NCBI GenBank assembly: GCA_963737265.1
Contig: CAVTRY010000025.1
Location: 1 to 59,653 of the forward strand
Length of the DNA: 59,653 bases
Origin: an uncultured delta proteobacterium
GTDB lineage: Bacteria > Myxococcota_A > Polyangia > Fen-1088
Direction of reading: 5' to 3'
Program-made: the position numbers and the translations under genes
Part shown: piece after piece, positions 30,425 through 40,320 of the stretch
Numbering within the stretch: the stretch's first letter is position 1
Layout: the number at the start of each line of letters is the position of its first letter
Notes under the pieces: generated by a model
What the model was told of the DNA's origin: nothing
The model's database searches: none
Seen by the model: only the letters and a program-made list of their open reading frames with translations

Positions 30425-32077
30425 GTGAACAGCAAGAACCAATCATCGACTGCCTCTTTCTACCGCTTCGCGGGTCCGGCGCTGCTCGCCGCATGGTTCA
30501 CGGCCGGGTGTGGCTCGGGTGCAAGCTCCGCGGGGCAAGCCACGACCGGCGGGAATGGAACGGGTGGAATCGCGACCGGCGGCGGCGCTACGAGCGCAGG
30601 CGGAGCCACCGCCAGCGCCGGCGGTTCCTCGGCCAGCGCGGGCGGTTCCTCCGGAGCCGACGGCGGGACTTTGACCCCGATACTCGGATGGGGAACACCG
30701 GTGACCGGCGGTCCAGCGGGCACGGGCCCCGTCGCCACGGTGACCGTGGACCCCAGCACCGCGGTGGGGACGATCGGTGCTGACTTCATCGGGTTCAGTT
30801 ACGAAAAGACGCACATCATGAATGGCTCTTTCACCAGCAAGAATTCCAACATGATTGCGCTTTATGGGCTCCTTGGTTCTCCGATGGTGCGCCTTGGCGC
30901 CAACGATGTTGAACGTTGCACTTGGATTGGCACCGGGACGGCACCTTCGCAGCCGAACGGGCAGCCATTCAACACGAAGGTCACGACCGGCGGAGTCGAC
31001 CAATTCTGCGGCTTTCTGGCCGCGGCGGGAAGCAAGGCTATCTATGGCGTCAATTTCCAGCTGGGCAACGTGACGGCTTCCGCGGCCGAGGTGTCCTATG
31101 TGATGAGCACGTGTCCGTCGAGCATCGTTGGAATCGAGATCGGCAACGAGCCCGATAAATTTGGGTCCTGGACCTCCCAAACAGCCGATTACGAGAGCTT
31201 CGCCGATGCTATCCTCGCCACGCCCGGCGCTCTGCTGGCTGGCCCGGCCTGCACCAGCAAATCCGCAACATCGTACACTACTCCTTTTGCCGACACCATA
31301 ACGACGAAGTACGGGAGCAAGCTAGCCCTTCTCACCCAGCACTCCTACGTTGCTGCAGCCAACACGTCGGGATGCTCGGTGCCCAACCTCCAGACGACGA
31401 CAACCCTGCTCACGGATATCTTCAATGCGGTCCAGGCTGCGGCGACAAAGGACACTATCCCAGCTTGGCGCATGGACGAAACCAACACCTGCTCCGGGCA
31501 CGGTCAGCCCGGCGTCAGCGACACGCTTATCTCGGGTCTCTGGGCGATCGACTATATGTTCGAGGTTGCCAAGCGTGGCGGCAGCGGAATCAATTTTCAC
31601 AATGGCGAGAACGGGCAAGATGGAACGGTTCCCTTCTATTACGAGCCGATCAAGGAGAGCGGCGGCGTCGTGGTACAGGTTCAGCCAGAATACTACGGTA
31701 TACTCCTCTTCACCCAGGCCGGCGTGGGCTCGATGGTTTCCGTGTCCGTTACGACGAGCGCCCAAGATTTCACCGGGTGGGCCGTCAAGACGGACGGATT
31801 TACCAGCGTCGTGCTCAACAACAGGAGCTCCTCGATTGGCGTCAACGCCACTGTGAATCTAGGAACCGCGGTGACTAGCGCGAGCGCCATCTATTTGCAG
31901 GCGACGCCCGCAGGCAGCCTGACGGCAGGGGCAGGGAGCGTGACCCTTGCAGGTGCCCAGGTTTCGGCCGCAGGCGATTGGCCTCGCAGTGCGCCTTACA
32001 TTCAGGCGGTTTCGGGAAACACCGTTTCGGTCTACGTCCCAGCTGCCAGCGCAGCCCTTGTCCGCGTTCTTCAGTAG
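30425..32077 (+). CDS. GH79-like glycoside hydrolase (beta-glucuronidase-type) lipoprotein
   Basis: Lipobox TAGC, FIGFSYE, EIGNEPD acid/base, MDETN nucleophile, GVSDT..GLWAIDY, GINFH, PEYYG. Confidence 0.85.
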   Translation: MNSKNQSSTASFYRFAGPALLAAWFTAGCGSGASSAGQATTGGNGTGGIATGGGATSAGGATASAGGSSASAGGSSGADGGTLTPILGWGTPVTGGPAGTGPVATVTVDPSTAVGTIGADFIGFSYEKTHIMNGSFTSKNSNMIALYGLLGSPMVRLGANDVERCTWIGTGTAPSQPNGQPFNTKVTTGGVDQFCGFLAAAGSKAIYGVNFQLGNVTASAAEVSYVMSTCPSSIVGIEIGNEPDKFGSWTSQTADYESFADAILATPGALLAGPACTSKSATSYTTPFADTITTKYGSKLALLTQHSYVAAANTSGCSVPNLQTTTTLLTDIFNAVQAAATKDTIPAWRMDETNTCSGHGQPGVSDTLISGLWAIDYMFEVAKRGGSGINFHNGENGQDGTVPFYYEPIKESGGVVVQVQPEYYGILLFTQAGVGSMVSVSVTTSAQDFTGWAVKTDGFTSVVLNNRSSSIGVNATVNLGTAVTSASAIYLQATPAGSLTAGAGSVTLAGAQVSAAGDWPRSAPYIQAVSGNTVSVYVPAASAALVRVLQ

Positions 32078-32148
32078 GAAATGCCTCCGGGAAGAGCTTG
32101 CGGCGATCTCCACAATCCGATAACCTCATTTTGAGCGAAAGGGACAAT

Positions 32149-32940
32149 ATGTTGAGCAACAAGCTTGGACAACTGGTCTTGGTATTGGGCGTGGCCTCTT
32201 GTGTCTGCTCGTGCGGCAGCAACAACACGACAGGGGCAACCTCCACCGGCGGCACCATTGCTACTGGCGGTGCCTCGGCAACCGGCGGAAACGCCAGTGG
32301 CGGCGCGGTGGCGACTGGTGGCAGTGCCAAGGGTGGGGCTTCCGCCGTCGGCGGGTCGGCAATGACCGGCGGCGCGGTGGCGACTGGTGGCACCAGTGCC
32401 AAGGGTGGGGCTCCCGCTGTCGGCGGGTCAGCAACGACCGGCGGCGCAGTGGCGACTGGTGGCACCAGTGCCAAGGGTGGGGCTCCCGCTGCAGGCGGCT
32501 CGGCAATGACCGGGGGCGCAATTCCAACTGGTGGTTCGGGTGGTGGCGGGGCAACCGGAGCGGCCATAACGACGTTGGCTCAAGCTTGTGCACATAATTG
32601 CACACTTGCCAGTGGGTTGGCCAGTTGCTCGAGCACACAAGACGTGTGCGTGCAGAGCTGCCTGACGACGTTCAACAACACGTCCGCCATCAATCCGGAT
32701 TTGGGAACGCAATACACAACAATGATGGTTTGCGTTGCGAACAATCCGGCCTTCTCCTCGTCAGCCGCCTTCCTTTGCGCGAAACCAAACTCCCCGTTGA
32801 ACTTGTGGTCACCCGCAGGGCTCGACGTTGTGCCCAACTCAACGTGTGAGGACGATATTTGTCTTTGGAACTGCAACGACGCTACACACGGGGATATGGA
32901 TCCTTTCGTGGACATTCGGTGTACCTGCTCAAGCGTCTGA
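32149..32940 (+). CDS. Hypothetical lipoprotein: Gly-rich repeats plus Cys-rich C-terminal domain
   Basis: Signal/lipobox ..VCSCGS; about 12 Cys in the last ~120 aa. Confidence 0.75.
   Translation: MLSNKLGQLVLVLGVASCVCSCGSNNTTGATSTGGTIATGGASATGGNASGGAVATGGSAKGGASAVGGSAMTGGAVATGGTSAKGGAPAVGGSATTGGAVATGGTSAKGGAPAAGGSAMTGGAIPTGGSGGGGATGAAITTLAQACAHNCTLASGLASCSSTQDVCVQSCLTTFNNTSAINPDLGTQYTTMMVCVANNPAFSSSAAFLCAKPNSPLNLWSPAGLDVVPNSTCEDDICLWNCNDATHGDMDPFVDIRCTCSSV
32299..32535. repeat. 69-72-bp coding repeat (GGAVATGGTSAKGGAPAVGGSAxT x3)
   Basis: Three near-identical units plus a partial copy. Confidence 0.9.
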
Positions 32941-32970
32941 TGAGTGACGCCAACTGATCTACTACCCCCG

Positions 32971-32997
32971 AGACTCTTCGCGTGACGCGAGGCTTTT
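32971..32997 (+). terminator. Possible intrinsic terminator after the CAZyme operon
   Basis: TTCGCG-TGA-CGCGAG hairpin followed by CTTTT. Confidence 0.4.
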
Positions 32998-33408
32998 GCG
33001 GTGGTCGTGTCGTGAGGCTTCAGGCTTCAGGGGAAGGACTTGTTCGCGTCTCGGGCGGCTTCAACGTCAAATCGTCCTCGTCTGTGGCCTCGCCCGACCA
33101 CAGCCGCTCTGACGGTTAGGCTGGCGGCCACCGGATCGAAAATCGTGAGTGTCCCAGTCGCGTCGATGGTAGCAAGACCCGGTGGATCGAGTCCACATGC
33201 CGCCGTGACCGGGTCGGTGTAGCACCCTGCGGGCGCCAGTCGCTGCCTGAAACGCGACTGTCTGAGGAGTCGTGATAACCGGCGACAACGAGCTGACTGT
33301 CGCGGTCTGCGTCGGCTGGCGTTACCGCGAGCCGGTGCAGGGGCATCGGCGTTGCGCCGTTGCAGTAATACCGTCGCTAGCTCCATGCAGGAAACTTCGA
33401 CTCTGCAA

Positions 33409-34362
33409 TCACAGCGAACGCAGGACAGCGCGCAGATCCGCGGCGTAGCGACCTTTTGGGGCCAAGCGTAGATAGTGCGCGTAGGCCTCCTTCGCGGCCT
33501 TGGTGTGGCCAGCGTTTTGCTCCACCTCGCCGACGAACACATAGGCGTCGGCGGAAGTTGGATCCGCTGAGATGGCCTTCTTGCTCCAGTCGAATGCCTG
33601 CGCAGTTCTGCCGCGATCGAACTCGATTCTTGCCAACTGCATGGCGATATCCGCCGCGTTCGGATTGGCGGCGAAGGCATCCGGACAGATCGTCAGGATG
33701 GTCTTTCTTTGTTTGTTGGCCATTGCCTTGCGGCAGGTTTGTTGAGCGTTGTTGTCTGAAGCGGGCGGAACTGGGGCGACGACTGTTTGGGCGACATCAG
33801 GCGGCATCGTCTGGACGGAGTCGGTCTTTTCCACCGGAACAATCTTTGCGACCGGCGGGAGTGGCTCGACGGCACTGCCCGCATCGTAAGCATTGGCATC
33901 GGGCAGATGGGCCGCTGCGACAATATCGGTGTGGCTTGAGTCTAGCACGGAGGGTTCGCCGTTCTGCCCGGTTGCCTCGGCGGGTCGCATCGCGACGATT
34001 GACGTTGGCTGGGGCAGGAGGGTCGGACCGGAAGACGCGGATGCCGCCATTTGGCTGAGCGCCGGGGGTGCGGCTCTGGCCGCCCGAACTGACCCAGTCA
34101 TCCGCCCTAGGACCAGACCACCGAGGATGGCTACGCACGCGCCGCCCACTGCCACGCCCGTGAAGAATTGGCGCGACAGTGCGAACCACTTGCGCTCGCC
34201 TTCACCTGGGTCGAGGAAATCGCCGTCTTCGAAGGGAAAAGTGCCTTCTTGGCCTTCTTCGAAGAAGTGCGATTCGAGATGGTCGAAATGATCGCTGGAT
34301 TGGTTTGGGCGAGCGCCGGATGTGCCTGGTGTCGGCGGGGCAAGAGGGTCTTTGTGGCTCAT
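33409..34362 (-). CDS. Single-TM protein with C-terminal TPR repeats
   Basis: AAGGAG RBS; TM helix; TPR-like ADAYVFVGEVEQNAG..AKEAYAHYLRLAPKG. Confidence 0.82.
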   Translation of the reverse strand: MSHKDPLAPPTPGTSGARPNQSSDHFDHLESHFFEEGQEGTFPFEDGDFLDPGEGERKWFALSRQFFTGVAVGGACVAILGGLVLGRMTGSVRAARAAPPALSQMAASASSGPTLLPQPTSIVAMRPAEATGQNGEPSVLDSSHTDIVAAAHLPDANAYDAGSAVEPLPPVAKIVPVEKTDSVQTMPPDVAQTVVAPVPPASDNNAQQTCRKAMANKQRKTILTICPDAFAANPNAADIAMQLARIEFDRGRTAQAFDWSKKAISADPTSADAYVFVGEVEQNAGHTKAAKEAYAHYLRLAPKGRYAADLRAVLRSL

Positions 34363-34400
34363 CGTGTCTCCTTGCTTCCGGTGCAGATGGAGATCTCGAC

Positions 34401-34416
34401 AGCAATGCTCGGGCCA
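34401..34416 (-). promoter_or_regulatory. Sigma54 promoter of the TPR gene
   Basis: TGGCCCG-AGCA-TTGCT on the minus strand. Confidence 0.75.
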
Positions 34417-34719
34417 CGTCCCTCTATCGACGCGGAAGCGAGAATAGCCGCAGGTATTCGAGAAGGTGAAGGCCGGGCCGAGTGTCCCCCCTGTTGGGGC
34501 TGCGAATTACGCAGTGTCAATCCGGCCAATTTCGCACTGTCGACGAAGTGTATTCGTGTCCACCCAAGTCAGTCGGTCTGGAAGCGATACCGCTATACAA
34601 TGCTTTTCTTGCACCATTCGGCTGCACAACTCGCAGCCGCTATCGGCAGATAGTGGATGGCCAGCGATGAAAATCTCGATATTCTGGCCCGCCCGCCTCG
34701 CTGACCGATAGCCGACATG

Positions 34720-34735
34720 TGGCCCACGCATTGCT
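34720..34735 (+). promoter_or_regulatory. Sigma54 promoter of the lipoprotein/adhesin operon
   Basis: TGGCCCA-CGCA-TTGCT. Confidence 0.75.
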
Positions 34736-34828
34736 ACTCCAAGCGTCGTGGTTGGGACAGCGAAGAGCTCGATGGTGCTTCTCGTTGCCCACCCGCTGAC
34801 AACGGAACGTGCAATAAGAGGTGCAACG

Positions 34829-35461
34829 ATGTGTCGAATTTCCGGGCACCAATCGCGATTGATGCTAGGCGGATGCCTGATGCTCGCGGTGGTCTCATGC
34901 GGACTCAAAACACCGCTCGATTCCACGCCAGGGCTGAGCACCGGTGCCGTGGGCAGCGGCGGTCCGCTGGCAGCCGGAAACTCCGCCTCCGTGCCGGACG
35001 CCAGCGGTGGCCCGTTCAGGGACACGGGCGTAGACTCGGAGTCGGTGGTTCCGGTTTCGCCAGATGCAAAGGCGGGTCCGGATTTGGTAGTCGCGGTTCT
35101 GCGGGACTCGGCAACGGCTGAGATCTCGCCGAGCATTGTTCCACTTTCAGGTCCACCCGGGCCGGTTTTGCCGCCCGGACGAGATACGGCTGACGCGGGC
35201 CGATCTTTTCCAGGCACTGGCGTTGTACGTTTCGAGCCCGACGGTGGCATCGCATCCCGTGGGGAAGTCGGAACCGTCTTCCGTGGTGATGGGGGCTTCG
35301 CTCTTCCGGGGGGTGGCGGTTTCGCCCTGCCGGGCGATGGCGGTTTCTTCGTAGGCGGGGCTGGCGGCGCCGGTCGCGGCGGTGGCGCAGGTGTTGGCGC
35401 TGGCCGGGGCGGTGGCGCTGGCCCAGCCGGAGCCGTCGCTGGCGTGGGTGCGGGCGGGTGA
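34829..35461 (+). CDS. Low-complexity lipoprotein (DGG/Gly-rich)
   Basis: AAGAGGT RBS, lipobox VVSC. Confidence 0.6.
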   Translation: MCRISGHQSRLMLGGCLMLAVVSCGLKTPLDSTPGLSTGAVGSGGPLAAGNSASVPDASGGPFRDTGVDSESVVPVSPDAKAGPDLVVAVLRDSATAEISPSIVPLSGPPGPVLPPGRDTADAGRSFPGTGVVRFEPDGGIASRGEVGTVFRGDGGFALPGGGGFALPGDGGFFVGGAGGAGRGGGAGVGAGRGGGAGPAGAVAGVGAGG

Positions 35462-35536
35462 CAGGCGTGTCGAATGGCGGATCCAATGTTTCTTGAAGGT
35501 AGTGAACGTGTCCTTCGGCTACTTCGAGGCAAAACA

Positions 35537-38500
35537 ATGACAAAAGGCAGACTTCTTGGTTTGGTCCTTATGGTTGGACTTGGAACCCTCGGCGCTTGTG
35601 GAGGCCGAAGTGGGTTGGCGATCGTCTCCGACGGGGGAATCGGCGACGGCCCGTTCGGCAGCACATCAAAAGATGGCGGGCTGGCCGATGCCGCGGCTCT
35701 TGTTCGCGATGGCTCGCCGGACCAGCCGGCGTTGACCGGATACTCGCCCGATGTCGCAAGCATCGGCACGCTGTCAGCTGACGCTCCGGTTTTCTTGCCC
35801 GATGTCCCGCCCATCTTGGCGGACGCTCTTGTCGGCGTGACGCCGATTCTGATTAGCATCGGGATTACGCCGCCCGCTCTTACGCTGGTGGTAGGTGTTC
35901 CGAACAGCACCCTGGTCGTCACCGCGGTCTATTCGGATGGCACGACGACGGACGTGACCAGCGCGACGACATTCACTTCCAGCGACATCACTGTCTTGAC
36001 GGTTTCGGGCCACACGATGACCGGGGCGAAGGCGGGCACGGCCACGCTCACGGCGAGCTACTCAGGCCAATCCGCCGCCGCCAAGGTTACCGTGTCGACC
36101 GCGGCGCTGCAGAGCATTTCGATTGACTCGGTCACCCCAGTGTCGGTCGGGCAATCGATCTTGGTGGCGGCCACCGCGATCTTCGCCGATGGCACCAAGC
36201 AAGACGTCACTGCCCAGGCGACCTGGACAAGCTCCGACGCGACGGTCGCGACGGTCGCGTTCGATGGGACCTCTGGGGAAGAAAGAGTCTCCGGCGTCAA
36301 AGCCGGCGGCGCGACTCTCCAGGCGTCGTTGCAGGGTGTTTCCGGCCACGCACCCGTCACGGTCACCTCCGCGCTCGTGACCAGCATCAACATTACTCCG
36401 ACGCAGTCGATCCTTCAGCGTGGAGTCACGCAGTCCTTCCAGGCCACCGCGACCTATCAGGACAATACCACGGCCGACGTGACCCAGCAGGCGACGTGGG
36501 TGTCAGGAGACACAACGGTTGCCAAGATCGCGGTCAGCAGCACCGGCGTCTTCGTCACGGGGGTGGGAACCGGCACCAGCACCATCACGGCCACGGTTGG
36601 GGCGATTGTCGGGACCACGACGGTGACGGTGACCGCGCCCGCGCTCTCCTCGATCGTCGTGAGCCCGGCCACCTGGATCACGAATGTGGGCGGCGTGCAG
36701 TCCTTCACCGCGCAAGCAACCTATGCGGATAACTCGACCGCCGACGTCACGCTGTCGGCCAGCTGGGCATCCAGCGCCACGGGCATCGTTGGCGTCTCGA
36801 ATGCCTCCGGACAACAGGGACAGGCCACGGCTCTTGCGGCTGGCTCGGCCACGATTAGCGCGGCCCTTTCCGGCATTGCTGGCTCGGCGACTGTCACAGT
36901 TTCGTCGTCCCAGCTCGTCAGCATCGCGGTCGCACCCAACCCGGCCGACGTGGTTGTGGGGCTCAGTCTTCCGCTCAAGGCCACCGGCACGTACCAGAAC
37001 GGCACGACCCAGGATGTCACCGCTCAGGTTGCGTGGACCATCCTGTCTGCCGCAATGGCTAGCATTTCCAATGCGGCCGGCAGCTCGGGCCAAGTCACCG
37101 GCATCGCCGCTGGCACGACCACCGCGACGGCCACGCTCAACGGTATTGTGGGCACGACCACGGTCAACGTCAGTGTGCCCACGATTCAGTCCATCACGGT
37201 ATCACCGGCGGCACCTCCCAGCGTCGCGGCGGGTATTAGCCAGCCGTTCACCGCTTCTGCGAGCTTCGGCAATGGCACTTCATTGGATGTCACGACCCAA
37301 GTTACCTGGTCGTCGAGCAACATCGCGGTGGCCCAGGTGTCAAACGCCACTGGCAGTAATGGCGTCGCCTCCACTCTCACCGCGGGCACATCCAATATTA
37401 CCGCCGCGCTCAGTGGCGTTTCCAGCGCGCCGGTGACCCTGACCGTCACCTCCCCGGCGCTTTCCGCCATCACCATCTCGCCCGCGACCGCATCGATCAT
37501 CGCCGGTACAACCCAGGCGTACACCGCGACGGCGGTCTTCCAGAACGGCACGACCGCGGCGATAACCGCTACCTCGGGCACGTGGACATCGTCTAACACT
37601 GGGGCGGCAACCATGTCGACGGTCGGTGGCGGCGGATTTGCCGCATCGCGTGAAGTCGCAACCGGCGTCGCTGCTGGTACCTCCACTATCACGCTTTCCT
37701 ATCAAGGCATGACGGCCTCGGCCGACTTGACGGTCACGGCGGCCGTCACGCTCGTCCAAATTACCGTCTCGCCACAAAATCCGGCGTCGATCTTGGTGGG
37801 AGCCACCCTGCAATTCACCGCCACAGCCATCACGAGCGACGGCAACACACAAATTATCACCACCAACGCGCAAACGCAGTGGACGACTTCGGATGCCACC
37901 ATCGCCTCCATCACGAGCCCCGCGGCTCCCACGGACGGCGGGGCGGGCTTCGCTCGACCGGTGGGTGGATTGGTCGCGGGGATCGGTGCCGGTACGGTAA
38001 CCATCACCGTGACCTATGGCGGTCAAGTGGCGACGTCCACTCTGGCCGTGCGCGCGCCTCAGCCCACCGGGTTGGTCGTCACGCCCTCGGCGCCGCCGTC
38101 CATCAGAGTCGGTGCTACCCAACAATTCCAGGCGGTGATTACGCTTGATGACGGGACGACGCAGACGGTGACCACGCAGGCATCGTGGACCAGTTCGAGC
38201 GCGACTGTGGCCAGTGTCAGCACCAGCGGTTCCGCCACCGGTCGGGGCGGTGCAGGTGCCGGGGCTGGCGGTCTCGCCACTGCCATCGGCGCGGGCACGA
38301 CCATCATTACTGCGACGTACGCGACCTTCACCGCCTCCGCGACTCTGACCGTGGTTGCGGCCACGCCGGTCAGCCTCGTGGTGACCCCTCCATCTCCCAC
38401 GCTCTATGTCTCGCAGGCGCAAGCTCTGGTCGCCACGGTGGTCTATGCCGACAACACAACTGCGGTCGTGACTGGCACGTCCACCTGGAGCTCATCCGAT

Positions 38501-39451
38501 CCCGCGGTGGCCACTGTCACCACGCCCGCTGGCGGAGGCGGCTTCCCGGGTGGTGGGGGAGGCGGTGGCGTCGTTACCGCGGTCGGAATGGGAGCGGCGA
38601 CCGTTACGGCCAGCTACGGCTCGCTGGTTGGGACAGCGACCATCACGGTCACAGCGCCAGCTTTGACCTATGTCCAAGTAACGCCGACCAACCCCAGTAT
38701 CACCGCGCAGGCCACTGCTCAGTTCACGGCGACCGCCGTGTTCGCCGACGACTCGACCCGCAACGTGACCAGTTCGTCGAGTTGGACATCATCAAATTCG
38801 ACAGTCGCCGTAGTGTCGGATTCTGGGGCCACCATTGGCCGTGCGACGGGCCTTAGCGCCGGGACAAGCACGATCACCGCGACGTACCAGGGCATGTCGG
38901 GTTCATCGGTCCTTTCTGTGGCGCAAGGAGTTGGTGCTGTCGCAGTTTCGCCGGTCCTGTCAACCACCGTGCTGGGCAGCCCGGTCACGTTCACGGCCAC
39001 AGCCACGCTGACGAACGACGCGACTGTCACGCCCACGGGCGTCGCCTGGGTCTCGTCGGATCCGACCATCGCGACCGTCACTGCCGCCGGGGTCGCCACG
39101 CCGGTGAAGGCGGGAACCGTGACCATCACGGCGACCTACCTCGGCGTTTCGGGAACGGCTAGTCTCACGGTCAGCTCGGCGACACTCTCCTCGATCAGCA
39201 TCACGCCCAATCCGGTCGCGGTTGCTGTCGATGGGAGCGTGCAACTAACCGCAACCGGGGTGTACAGTGATTCGACGAAGGTCGATCTTACCAATGTCAC
39301 CACGTGGACTTCCTCGGCCGCTTCCGTTACATCAGTCTCCAACGCAGCCGGTTCGCGTGGGCTGCTCACCGGTCTCGCCAGTGGCACAGCCACGGTTTCG
39401 GTCTATTTCGGAGCCGCCTCCGCCACGGACTCGGTGACGGTTTCGCCGTAG
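35537..39451 (+). CDS. Surface lipoprotein with ~13 bacterial Ig-like (Big_2) domains
   Basis: Lipobox LGAC; 13 repeats of L.SI.V.P...Q.FTAT..Y.D.T..DVT..ATW.SS...A. Confidence 0.93.
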   Translation: MTKGRLLGLVLMVGLGTLGACGGRSGLAIVSDGGIGDGPFGSTSKDGGLADAAALVRDGSPDQPALTGYSPDVASIGTLSADAPVFLPDVPPILADALVGVTPILISIGITPPALTLVVGVPNSTLVVTAVYSDGTTTDVTSATTFTSSDITVLTVSGHTMTGAKAGTATLTASYSGQSAAAKVTVSTAALQSISIDSVTPVSVGQSILVAATAIFADGTKQDVTAQATWTSSDATVATVAFDGTSGEERVSGVKAGGATLQASLQGVSGHAPVTVTSALVTSINITPTQSILQRGVTQSFQATATYQDNTTADVTQQATWVSGDTTVAKIAVSSTGVFVTGVGTGTSTITATVGAIVGTTTVTVTAPALSSIVVSPATWITNVGGVQSFTAQATYADNSTADVTLSASWASSATGIVGVSNASGQQGQATALAAGSATISAALSGIAGSATVTVSSSQLVSIAVAPNPADVVVGLSLPLKATGTYQNGTTQDVTAQVAWTILSAAMASISNAAGSSGQVTGIAAGTTTATATLNGIVGTTTVNVSVPTIQSITVSPAAPPSVAAGISQPFTASASFGNGTSLDVTTQVTWSSSNIAVAQVSNATGSNGVASTLTAGTSNITAALSGVSSAPVTLTVTSPALSAITISPATASIIAGTTQAYTATAVFQNGTTAAITATSGTWTSSNTGAATMSTVGGGGFAASREVATGVAAGTSTITLSYQGMTASADLTVTAAVTLVQITVSPQNPASILVGATLQFTATAITSDGNTQIITTNAQTQWTTSDATIASITSPAAPTDGGAGFARPVGGLVAGIGAGTVTITVTYGGQVATSTLAVRAPQPTGLVVTPSAPPSIRVGATQQFQAVITLDDGTTQTVTTQASWTSSSATVASVSTSGSATGRGGAGAGAGGLATAIGAGTTIITATYATFTASATLTVVAATPVSLVVTPPSPTLYVSQAQALVATVVYADNTTAVVTGTSTWSSSDPAVATVTTPAGGGGFPGGGGGGGVVTAVGMGAATVTASYGSLVGTATITVTAPALTYVQVTPTNPSITAQATAQFTATAVFADDSTRNVTSSSSWTSSNSTVAVVSDSGATIGRATGLSAGTSTITATYQGMSGSSVLSVAQGVGAVAVSPVLSTTVLGSPVTFTATATLTNDATVTPTGVAWVSSDPTIATVTAAGVATPVKAGTVTITATYLGVSGTASLTVSSATLSSISITPNPVAVAVDGSVQLTATGVYSDSTKVDLTNVTTWTSSAASVTSVSNAAGSRGLLTGLASGTATVSVYFGAASATDSVTVSP

Positions 39452-39727
39452 ATTGAACGAGGCAAGACCCGTGCAAGCGCGCCTTCCATCGCCAGCAGGT
39501 GTTTTGCCTGTTGCCCCAACAACACCTGCGGCAACGGCGGTTGCTGCTGGACGGACGGCGGCGGCATTCTTGGCTTGGGCGGAACCTGCGTGGCGGTGGA
39601 CAAGGCGTGCGCTGCCACGGGCGCCGGCGCGGCCCTGACTTGCACTGCCGGTTCTTGTACCTCCGCGAGCGGAACTGCCTGCGGCGGCACTGCCCAGGCG
39701 TGCCGCACCGGTCATCGATGCGATTGA
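39452..39727 (+). pseudogene. Start-less Cys-rich ORF fragment in frame with the adhesin stop codon
   Basis: ACCPNNTCGNGGCCWTDGG..CVAVDKAC..CTAGSC..CGGTAQACRTGHRCD*. Confidence 0.6.
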
Positions 39728-40320
39728 TCCACTCGTAAAAAGTCCCAAGCAGCTTTTCGGGTGGTCTGAAACTACCCCGCATTTGAGATATCCACAGGGC
39801 CAAGCCGCTAGATTGCAAGCTCCAGAAAGGGGTGTTTTCGGAAGAAGGGGGGGTACGAACGGTTGAGCGGTACGTGCGAGAACCTGGTGGCGCCATCGCG
39901 GAACGAGCGGCTGCGGATGAAACTGTCGCGGAACCCGAAAGTGGTCCACTTGGCGGAGTTTGCAAGCAAGGTGTCTTTCGTAAGGCCAGCGCGCCGGAGC
40001 TGGAGGGGCTGGCAAGGGGCTGGCCGACCCTTCGTCGGTCATTTCCAGCACCGAGGCTTCACCGCCGCACCAATAGGCGGGCACATCGTTACCGAACCAG
40101 AAGACGCAATCGACTCGCTTTCTCGACTCACTGAGGTTCCTCGGCTGTCTCGGCGGCTGCAGCCTCGGCGGTACCCGCGACCGATCCGGCGGCTAAGAAT
40201 AAGACAGCCATCGGTGCGACTCGTTTGCCCTCTCGGCTCATGGAGCTACGTTGGCGCACGTCCAAGAGGTTCGCAAGGCAGGAGGTCAATGGCTCAAACG
40301 TCGTGGAAGGGACCGGCAGC

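Noticed and set aside
33027-33400. Possible decayed gene (ADRDSQLVVAGY; LATIDATGTLTIFD) downstream of the TPR gene
   Set aside because: Too little similarity to any family I can name.
39788-39796. DnaA-box-like ATATCCACA
   Set aside because: Single mismatched copy with no oriC context.
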